Position numbers and translations under genes: made by a program. A DNA stretch of 60,568 bases, counting the filler. It is 4 parts of 4 records of this genome, joined end to end, with 100 filler letters (N's around TTAATTAATTAA, not from the genome) between each part and the next. Parts side by side here need not be neighbours in the genome. Positions count along the whole stretch, not along the records: positions 51,053 to 60,568 come from DRR378314_2645; 3 more parts are not named here. The stretch is one strand, 5' to 3'. The notes beneath the pieces are model-generated. The model made no database searches, was not told the DNA's origin, and saw only the letters and a program-made list of their open reading frames with translations. Below are positions 51,260-60,568 of this stretch, in pieces (position 1 is the first letter of the stretch; each line of letters starts with the position of its first letter).

Positions 51260-54200
51260 CACGATTGTACCATCGAGAAAGATCCCGACTCGATAAAAGT
51301 GGAGCAATTCCGTGTTGCTCAGCTCTCCACCATTCCTATCAGAAACTTTACGGAAGGAATGAGGTACATGTCGGGTATAATAGTTCTTGAAACATACAAA
51401 AGAGGAATGCAAATGATTTAAGAAATACCGCGAATTCAGGATCAGAACATTATGGCATAGGGAATGTGATTCGCGTGCTTTTGGACGAGTATTGCTTGTG
51501 TGTAGCTCAAATGTAGAGTTTTCGCAGTTCTACGTTTACAAGGTGATACAACCTTTGTGAGAAGCACGTTTTGTACGTTTGCTTCACTTGGTGCGCTTTT
51601 CTCTGCGAGCATTGTAGTTATTCTTCGTTGTTTATGATGGGTACGTGGTTCGAAGCCGAATCATCTAGATCGCGTTCGAAACAGAAACCTTGTCGGTTTT
51701 TTGTTTCCTGGAAACCTCCAAAGCGGTTTTTTTCCGCCCACGGTTTCCCTGTTTTCCTTGTAAAGAGAGCTGTATTGTTAAAAAATAGTAAAAGAAAAAC
51801 AGCAAAACTGCATATACTTTCCGTTACTCCCTTTAAATCCTCCGCTATCTCAAGTCTTTCATATCCCCCTCCCTTTTCCTCCAAAAGTCACTCCGGTATT
51901 GTACGTTTTTACGTCTATTTTCCTCTGCGAATAAGCTCGATTATCGCACGGGAATCGATGCAAAAGCAACTCGTCATACATCTTCGTACTGACGATTCTT
52001 TTGCTCTCCCTCGTGGGAATCTTGATTCATTTCAGGGTGATCGCGGATGCTGTGAGTATTCGAGAAACCGCTTCGACGTCTTTCAACGAGTATTCTTCTC
52101 GATCGCACGCGGTTACGTCCGTTGCTCTCGTGCGCAGGTACGAACGCACAACCGTTACACATAAACCGCAGTATAGATGACAACCGAAGAACCGTAGCGT
52201 CAGAACCACGAGTGTTGAACCGTAAAAAGCGAGTGTGATATAGCGCGAGATATGGTGGTGTTTTGTGCGTGGTGGTTGACTTTGTGAGTCTGGTGGAAAG
52301 AGAAGAAAGTCATCAGGAGTACTTTCCCATCTCGCTTTCTCTCTCTCTTTTCGCGTTTTGCTTCCAGTCGCTTTCTTTCTCTCTTTTGTTTCTCTGCATT
52401 GTCCCTGCTGGGCGATCGACGACTTGCTCAGCACATTTCCGTTCTTGTGCCGTCGTACAGATTGGGAAAGACACAGACAAAGAAGCAGACCGTTACGGCG
52501 CATTTCGTGGATCTTGCTGGTTGCGAGCAAGCGGTGGACAAGACAACCCCGTACGTGTAGTGGATGAGTGTGCGATGCAGACACGGTGATTTCTGCTGTG
52601 ATTGTCAGTTACAGGTTGTGAGTAGGTGGAAAGGGGGGTAGAACTGGTACCCTTTGCCCATTACGTGATGCCGTTGGAGCGATGACAGTTACCCAATGGC
52701 TTTCGATCAGTGACCCTTGGTTGCTAACCGTTGACCGTTTGTGATTGCAGCTCATTGCATGTATTCGTAACGGTTGCTCGTTCATCGTTGGCCGCTTAGC
52801 ATGGCCCTGTACGTAGCAGCCGTTAACCGTCTAGCAACACCTCTCTCTTGCTTGTCGATGGTCGTTTTCCGTTGACCTCCAGAGCCGTCGGCTAACCACT
52901 GACAACGCGCAACCGATAGAAAGTACCAGTTTTGACTTCCCTGTTTATCACTGAATGCTCTTTCTCTGCGCCCTTGCGTTTCTTTTTTCATTGTTCTTTC
53001 CATTTATCTTCGTCTCGGTATCTCCCTCGCGCGCTGAAGCTTTATCAACACCACCCTGAGCTCGCTGAGTACAACAATCCGCGATTTAGGAAAATCACAA
53101 AAGAAAGACAGCAAGGTAACGCCGATAGCGATCGCTGCACATGTAGAATCTTACGTGCTATGCCTGTATCATCGTTCACAGAGGAGTTCATGAGTGCTGT
53201 ACGAGGACGAGTGTAAACGTGGAGAGTGGGTTCCGCGGCAAAGTGATCGCTGCGCGCGTTTCTGCACGTATCTGCGTATCGAGCGACCAAATGAGGCAAA
53301 AGAAGCAGAAACAAGGCGTGGAATCCAGTATTTATTCCTCGTTGTACCCGAATCGTTCGTATACAGTAAAACTGGTGTGCGTTTCCTCTCTCTCTCTCTC
53401 TCGCTCACTCCGCTTTTCAGCTTTTTTTTCGTTCATGGGTAGACTCGTCGTATTCTCTTTCACCTATTAGTTCTTTTGGTGGATTTTGTTTTTCCAGAAC
53501 GTCTTCAACCGTTTGCACTTTCTTCAGTTTCGTGATCGATAATTTCGCAAAAGACTTGCGTTTGTCTTCATCGCAGAAGATTAGTCACGTAGTCTCTGGC
53601 TACTTCATCAGTCGATATGTTTACATTCGATGTTCTTCCGCATCGTCTCTCGACGGTAAGAGACTGATCCTCCACTCTCGCTCTTCATCTGCTACTTTTC
53701 CAGATTATTTGGCGCGCAAACAAGCTTTTGCAGCTGCTGAAAGGAAGTATGACGGGAAGTTCGCAAACGATTCTCATAGCAACAGGTCTGCTTCTATCGC
53801 TTGCTCCTCGATTAATCCAGGAAATTGCATCTGGGTGACACGAGGAGTGTCGCGGACCTCCGTTTGTCCTCGTGGGATTGTTTATTCATCCAAGAAATTG
53901 CATCTGAGAGAAACGAGGAGTGTCGCAGAACTCGTTACCGTTCTTGTAAGATTGTGATGAAATCGTAGTCGCTTCTTTCCGTTATTCAGCCGAGATAACA
54001 ACGCGCGAGGTCGCGCTGAGACGGATGATAGAAACGAGATAATCTCATTCACTTCCGCCTTACACTACAATCCTCCCACAATCAACTTATCCCGGATAGC
54101 AGCATACAGCATCCCGCATTCAGCGTCGCATTATGAGCTTGCTCGTGGGGCTTGGGGGCTTGTTGGGTGCGTTTTGCTCAAGTTTTGCGGTTTTGTGGTC

Positions 54201-57200
54201 GTTGTGGTGCGCACTAGGGTATGGAAGCGTGTTGGGGAGTACGCGCCCGTTCACGATCGGAACCCTGCAATTCGCCGAAAACTGCAAAAAGGTACGCGTT
54301 CCTGCTGTGTCGAGACGCTAAATGTTGTACTACATATGCTGTACGAAAGGTATTGGTCGAGGTCGAGGCCGCTTTGAGCAGTTTCTTCTGCGAATGAAGA
54401 CGTGTCGTAGTTGCTGATTCACGCACTTGATCAAGACCGTTAATCATTGTTATATAAGTCACAGTGATACTATTTAAGTATACTTGGGATGTGGTTAGAA
54501 ATAAGATTGGGAAGAGGGCTGATCTCACTCGGTCTGTTTCCTCTGCGTGGCTCCGGGTTGCGTGCAGGTCAAATTCCGCACACAGAGAGCGGAGACACAC
54601 TTCGATGAGAAGAAGGCTGATGAACTCAAGGCAACGTACGTTGCGAGAATCGATGTTTTCATCTCCGTATCGTGTGATTCGTGATCTGTCCGAGGCTCCG
54701 GGGCGTCCTGTTGTCGCTCCTTTCTCGATTTTCCGCTTCCGCCTGGGCTCTGTGTTGCATCGCGACCTGTGTGAACGATGTGGCGCAAAAGAAAGATGAT
54801 GGTTTCTTATTAGTTGGGAAGATCACACAGTTCTCTGCGCGTGCTCATGCGTAGCGCGTTGCCGTTGCTGGTGTCAACATGGTGTGAGTTCGAAGAGGCG
54901 CCGTTGCTGCTTCCCCCACACACGAACCGAACACGCGCAACGAGAGCGCGCCGATCTCTTCCACATGCTCGTTCACCGTAGGTATTTGACACCTTCATAC
55001 TCCTGAACCTGAAAATGCCAATAACATGCGATTGTGTACGTGTTCTTTCCTTGTTGTCGCGCGCAGCGTCCTGCAAAAGATGTCCGAGCAGCGCAAGCGC
55101 ATCCAGGAGCTCGAGGCGCAATTGGCGGAGATGCAGCAATCTACCGAGTCTTCGGCCTCTGACCTCGTGCGTTCCAGCGCTCCCTTGCTCCCCCCCCCCG
55201 CACTCTCTCTCGTTTTGTACACTACAGTACCTAATCCTTTGCTTTATTTTTACCGTAGTTCCCTTTGGGGCTACGTACGGTAGTGTGGTGGGTCGCGGTG
55301 GAACAGCTCGCCGGCGTTTCCGTGTTGCGCAGCGAAAAGAGCGACGGAGGAGACGAGAGCGGAGGATTTGTCGACGAAGAGCTACATTTGCGTGTTCCAC
55401 CTAGACTGTGCTGCAAAAAGGAGTTTCTCCCGCCTCTTTCTGATTCTGCATGCCGCGATAGGGCAGTTTTCTGATCTTGCTGTGGTTAACTTTGTCCTTG
55501 TATATATTGTCGAACGGTTGTCCATTTGCCTGAGAGGGTTGACACCGATCGATTCTTCTGCAAGATTTATGGTGCTTGCAAGTTGATAAGAAAGAAATCC
55601 CCCAGACCGGATCTGTTTCGCTAGGAAGCGATTATCAAGGTTACACTACTTCGATGTGTGCGTGTGACGCAATTGCATGAGAGCGCGTTAGTCCTCCGGT
55701 TTCCGCATGATTCGTTGACGTGGAGAGCGGCATGTAGTACATTCTGAACACTGATCGAGTCTGGAACTACTTATCAGGGTCCTTCATTGCATTTCGCTGT
55801 GCAAATCGAGTTTTTTTTTCTGCTATATCCTACGAAGCTTACGTGGACCTATTCTCACGGTCCCTGCGGGTACGAAATCACGCTTTTTACAGGCGCAGCG
55901 CGAGGAAGAGCTTGCGAGCCTGCGCGCGAGTCGCGCAGCGCTGGACGAAGAGCGCGCAGCGCTGGAGAAGGAGCGAGACGGTGCGCTACAGTGTTTCCCT
56001 CCAGCACGTCCACGATCTGCGTATTGTGTTCGTAGCTGCGTATCATGTCGTTCTGTGCAATCTTATTACCGTCTGTGAGGACATTGAAGCGTGTATGAGT
56101 GTATTTTCAGCGTCTGTGAGTCCGTTTCAACGTCTACGAGTTTATTTTTCAGCGTCAGCGAGTCCGCTTCAGCGTCTGTGAGGTTACTCTTCAGCGACTA
56201 TGAGTCCGTTTCCACGTCTGCAAGGTCGTTGTGGCTTCTTTATCTGTATCAGTGTCTACCTGCCTGTTGCTTCTGCATATCACATTCCGTTATGTGCGCT
56301 TGGCAGCCTCTGCGTTTCTATCTGTTTCTCGCTTTCCATTTGTGTGCGCGTACTTCTACGTGTCGGTCTCTCCCGCTCGCTCGAGCGCTGCATCTTTCCT
56401 TGTGCCATTTCGAAGTCTATTTTGTTGTCCCGTGTACCGCAAACTCCCTTAAAGACACAATTTCCACTTCCGTGTTCTCGTAGTGCGATACGGGGAGGTG
56501 CTTGTGGGTTGGCAATGCTTCCATTACACGTGCTTTCGCGGTGTTGACAGCTCTCGTATGCGCCGTGCTTACACAATAGCTCCGAGATTCTCTCCTCCGA
56601 CCGCACATTCGCTCTTTGTGATACTCACTGTGTTCTCCGGAACTCCACACTTGTTCATATGCACGAATTACTCCTTTTCTTCGTACCAGATGCTCTCAAG
56701 GAGCGTGAGCTGGCCATGGAGGACCTTAAAACGGCTCATTTCAAAGAGAAAGAAGTACGTATTCCTCCTGCCGTTTGTCACCGTGTGGCGTTCTCGTTCC
56801 GCCATTCGCGTGCGCATCAACACGCGCAACGGAGAGACTATACTCTGCCTATTCACCATTCATGTACTCTGCGCAGCGAAAAAAAACGCAGAGAGTCAAA
56901 TGCTTCTTATTGCACTGTCCTTTTTCTGTGAGAGTACGTGCACCAGGCCGTTCTTTCGTGATACTCCGTCTCTATTTCTCTCTCTCCGCGACCACTTTCC
57001 TGTCACCGCGCTCCCCTCTCGGTTGTGGACGGAGAGCGCGCGGTCGTCTTTTTCCCCGCGGAGCACGAATACTGGTCGCCCACATTATTTCCCCGCTCCG
57101 TACTGCTCCATGAAACTGTAGCGCATTGTGGAGGAGCTCCTGCGCTTCAACTCGGAGAGCGTGAGTAAAGAGCTGCTGGATATTGATGACGATGAAGATA

Positions 57201-58635
57201 TCGATGAAGAAGACGCGGACGCGAGCGACGACTCGTCGCAGCGCCTGCTGGCGGAGCGGAGGCAGTTCAAGGTAACCCTAACCCAAACACTGTGATTCTA
57301 TCCAGTTCTCACGGGCTACAAGGGATCGTCGCACTACCCATATGCATCGTAGTGATAGAAAGTGGAAGAAAGTGTGGAGTCAGCATCAAAAATCCTCCCT
57401 GTGTGCCGTGTCGCTGATCCTTCGGTTGGCAGATCCAGTGTGCGGTATTCGCTCGTGCGTAGTTGCTCGTGTTTCATCCCTCGCAATGTGACTGCGCGCG
57501 CTATTTTGCCCAAACGTTGCTACGAAAAGCTTCCTTGTTCCCGTCTCCGCTCCTTTTCATGTTACGTACGTGTTGTTTCGCGTGGATGAGAGTTTGGCGG
57601 TTGTTGGTGTTTGGGGCTGATAGAGCGTGCGTGCAGCTGGCGACTCGGCTATCCCGCTCGCCCTCTCTTCGGCCGGCCCGGTTGTGACGCGCGCTGCCGG
57701 CGCTCGCTGGCCGATAAGCGTACTTACACGCCCTGCCCGGTACTGGGTTTACAATCGTACCCCCCGCATACTCACAGGCTGCCAAGGAAGCGCTTGTGGA
57801 AGGCCGGGACAAGGTTATGGGCCAGGTGGGAGCGATGCTGCGCGACAGCACGCTCCCGCTCGACGAGCGCGTCGGAGCAGCGATGAGCCAGGTGACCAAG
57901 TACCTGTCTGTCCTGCAGCACCAAACGTATTCTCTTCTCAAAGAAAACTACGATCTATCGTGCAGGGTATGTCCATATATCATTATACACGCAGAATATC
58001 ACAATATTGACCCCGAGGATGACTTGCAGTAGCTGCTCGCGCGGCGATGTTTCGCTCTATTGCGTTGTGCTGTATCAAGCGTGGTGTGGGCGCAACTCCG
58101 CATTGATAAGCCTTCTCCGGATAAAAGTGGCATTGTACGCGGAGTGCAAATGCTTGGATAAGTAAAAAGATAATAGAGGAGCGTACTTGGAGAGACAGTA
58201 TCTGGTCGTACTCAATTTCAAAGGCGCCATTTGTCGCCGTCTTTTGCCCTTTGTGCTCGTGGAAGTATTCACCTGGAGGGCCGTTTCCTCCTCTGGGATT
58301 CCGGTCGCCAATTTCGTTCACTTGTCTCTGCCTGTACTTATACCTCATCCGATTACGAAGTTCCTAATTTTGATCGATAGAGAAAGATAAAGAGTAAAGT
58401 TGGTGTGAGCCCATATGTACCGCTGATTGTTTTTGGTGACGGTGTGTGGATGGGTATTCGTTTTCTTCTGCTTTTATTTGGTTTACAGCTGGAGCTTGCG
58501 GACTCGGAGCGCGAGGACGTCGAGCGTGAACTCGAGACGACAATTGCAAAGTGCGATCAAACTGCTGATCAGCGCGATCGTCTTTACGATTCGATTGTTG
58601 AATTGCAACGGGCGGTTGGATTGGAAGACTTTTAG
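51260..58635 (+). CDS. Divergent kinesin: second half of the motor domain, neck and coiled-coil tail (5' end missing; 13 exons)
   Basis: Exons 51260-51363, 52036-52137, 52461-52550, 53040-53115, 53704-53785, 54218-54291, 54568-54635, 55067-55166, 55893-55980, 56690-56754, 57122-57271, 57778-57891 and 58489-58635, all in phase. Switch I NEYSSRSH, switch II FVDLAGCE, INTTLSSL, WRANKLLQLLKGSMTGSSQTILIAT, TIGTLQFAENCKKVK. Confidence 0.88.
53815..53936. repeat. Imperfect direct duplication of about 50 nt in a kinesin intron
   Basis: ATCCAGGAAATTGCATCTGGGTGACACGAGGAGTGTCGCGGACCTC at 53815 versus ATCCAAGAAATTGCATCTGAGAGAAACGAGGAGTGTCGCAGAACTC at 53888. Confidence 0.85.
56069..56225. repeat. Degenerate 20-22-nt minisatellite in a kinesin intron
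   Basis: About eight units of consensus AGCGTCTGTGAGTCCGTTTC, with alternating variants. Confidence 0.8.
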
Positions 58636-60060
58636 CTGGTTTTTATTTGAGTGGAATCACGAGTCTCCTTGTGGAGTTGGCGCATCGAAGACGTCCGAGG
58701 TTACCAGGAATAGGAGTCCTGGGCATCGATGTGTCTTGTCACCGCAGTGCGGAGAGAGCTTCTCTCCTTCCTCCGCTCTGCAAAGAAGCTGTGTGCTCCT
58801 TTGTCCCTCAAAGAGTGTATGTCGGTCATAATGGCATACAGGTAAAGGTATTACTGCAACTCGCCTGTGGGCGCAGGGAAGCCATATCAGCTTGCACGGT
58901 GCCGTTTCCATAATCCTGCCCGATGAGCTAGCATGCACCCTCGATAATGCCGCAGCGGATACGAATAGGGGCGCACAACAGTCGCAGCGTCGAGGTTTCA
59001 CGAGGAGTGTGTGCACCAGACCGCAAAATACAAGGATCGAGTGCCTGGAGTAGCTGCGCAGTTGCCATGGACTGTAATGCGACCGCTCGTGTGCGATGTT
59101 GTGTATGTGTTCTACCTGATCGCTACATCTCTCACATGTCGATACGTTCCACCTGTTGTGTCAGAGCACAGCTCATCTCGCAGCAATCACTACGCATGCG
59201 TTTTCTGTAGCACTGTCCCCGCCGCATACAAAATGGAGTATTCTATCATCTCACAATGCGATATTCCGCATAGAAAGATTGGTGTATGTGTGGGATTGGG
59301 AGTGCTATGCGCACGATCCTTTATCATCGCGCGGCACAGCGGTCGCCCTTGCGCAGCTCCTGGGCAAGAGGGGCACTCTGGTACCAACCATGGAACAAGC
59401 TCGAGTGCGATACCTGCGATGTACAGCGATACAAGGTACGCCTTCGTCAGCAAATGTACTGCTGCAAATGACCACTCGAAAGAAAAAGGGCACAATATTC
59501 AAGCTCATCTTCGTGTATTTCCATCGTCGCCTCCGCATTCTTGGAGCCTTCTCCTCGCAGAGCGGGTGTGTGTACACAGTGCGACCATAGGGATGTACAG
59601 GAAGCGCTGCTGTAGGACAAAACAGTAAACATTGCGACGACGTAACCCACAGCAGAATCCAAACACAGGGACCTAACGTTCAAAGGAAACAAGATAGCAA
59701 ACAAGAAAGAAAAAAACCATCTCACTTGCGCAGCGAGCAGCCGAGAAAGAAGCAGAGCGCGCGCGCGTCCGTGCTTGCTCTCACAGGGCAAGTGTGTGGC
59801 GACAGCTTCTCCAGGCAACATATCACACTGGCACTTAACAAAATACTTGCAGACTTTGTGCTTTCTGCAAAGTCGCAAGATTTTCAGAAATCGCATAACA
59901 AAGTATCACCTCGCTGCCGTTTGCACCCATCGGCGTCAGAAATGTGAAACTGAGGGAGTGCGCAGAGCAGCGGGTGGCACAGTAGAGCGGTTTTGCTTTA
60001 CGAATCCGACCGGTGCCCAAATCAAGGCAGCTTGCGCTATATTTGCACGTTGCGGTACGT

Positions 60061-60568
60061 TTAATCCTCGATAAACACGTCATCGTCCGCATCGTCATCG
60101 TCGAGGCCAGTGAAAACGCGTGCAACTCTTTCAAAAACCTGGCTAATTAGCGGCCGCTGCAGAGGCTCAGCGTGCGTGCAGTCGGAAATAATCTCCGCGA
60201 GACGCTCATGAGCTACGCCTGCGCTGCTGTCTCCCTCGCCGGCCTCCTCCTCGGTGAGAATGAATCGCGCGACTGCACCAAGCGCCCACACATCTGCAGG
60301 CTTCCGGTTGGTCATGAGTTTACTTCGTCCGCTGGGAACAGCGGTCTTGTTCTCAGGCGCAGCGTACGCTGGAATCTGCTCATCCGGTGGCGTGTTCGCC
60401 GCGTCGCCCTCGGGGAACACGGCGCTCGTCCCGCACATATCCATGAGAACACGGTCCAGCCCTGTCAGCATGACCAGGTAGGCGCCTTGCTTTTCCATTT
60501 CACGAATGCGGAAGCTATCTGGATTGATTTGGCCATGAGGCTGATCCATTTTGTGGAAAGACTGGATC
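60061..60568 (-). CDS. Protein-kinase-fold C-lobe, probable pseudokinase (5' end outside the window)
   Basis: The frame is open to the window edge (IQSFHKMDQPHGQINPDSF). YAAPE, ADVWALG and C...P..RP are retained; HRD, the catalytic-loop Asn and DFG are replaced. Confidence 0.8.
   Translation of the reverse strand, partial: IQSFHKMDQPHGQINPDSFRIREMEKQGAYLVMLTGLDRVLMDMCGTSAVFPEGDAANTPPDEQIPAYAAPENKTAVPSGRSKLMTNRKPADVWALGAVARFILTEEEAGEGDSSAGVAHERLAEIISDCTHAEPLQRPLISQVFERVARVFTGLDDDDADDDVFIED

Noticed and set aside
51364-54217. AT-richer region suspected to be a transposon or viral relic
   Set aside because: Explained by introns and short exons of the kinesin; no transposase, RT or capsid motifs seen.
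55308-55390. Possible extra kinesin exon (LAGVSVLRSEKSDGG...)
   Set aside because: No convincing in-phase donor, and the flanking exons join cleanly without it.
56069-56225. Possible CRISPR-like array
   Set aside because: Units are contiguous and degenerate with no unique spacers, there are no cas genes, and it lies in a eukaryotic intron.
57273-57284. Telomere-like TAACCCTAACCC
   Set aside because: Only two units at an intron start; consistent with chance.
59011-59628. 205-aa ORF between the kinesin and the pseudokinase
   Set aside because: No motifs, non-ATG start and atypical composition; likely UTR or intergenic.
27315-60568. Alternative genetic code or non-canonical introns in the eukaryote
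   Set aside because: All modelled exons are free of in-frame stops, TAA, TAG and TGA are all used as terminators, and all modelled introns are GT-AG.

Overview
The window is not one genomic locus. It is four assembly contigs joined by artificial 100-nt linkers (44 N + TTAATTAATTAA + 44 N at 27215-27314, 45057-45156 and 50953-51052). Contig 1 (1-27214) is alphaproteobacterial, probably Hyphomonadaceae-like (inference). It carries a divergent proC-proA / proB cluster next to an EctR/CosR-type MarR regulator. This is followed by a 19-gene uptake-and-catabolism island: MFS, TonB-dependent receptor, YciI, a nitrilase-fold protein with a non-canonical Glu-Arg-Ser triad, FAD oxidoreductase, ALDH, crotonase, amidase, CoA ligase, MmgE/PrpD, three class III CoA transferases, acyl-CoA dehydrogenase, MaoC hydratase, CitE- and HMGL-type lyases, and two GntR/UTRA regulators. 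Two recurring palindromic operator motifs run through the island. Contigs 2-4 are from an intron-rich eukaryote (standard code, GT-AG introns with mostly GTRCG donors). By hand-splicing I reconstructed a kinesin N-terminal exon, a tandem cNMP-binding protein, a Loa1/Vps66-like acyltransferase, a Ca3427-like PBP2 protein, eIF3a, an FAE1-type 3-ketoacyl-CoA synthase, a divergent 13-exon kinesin C-terminal part and a pseudokinase fragment. The best candidate for an undescribed system is the bacterial island. It looks like a near-complete pathway for an N-containing substrate that ends in branched C5-type dicarboxylate/CoA chemistry; my hypothesis is tetrapyrrole/pyrrole breakdown products. All family calls come from motif recognition, and no database searches were run.
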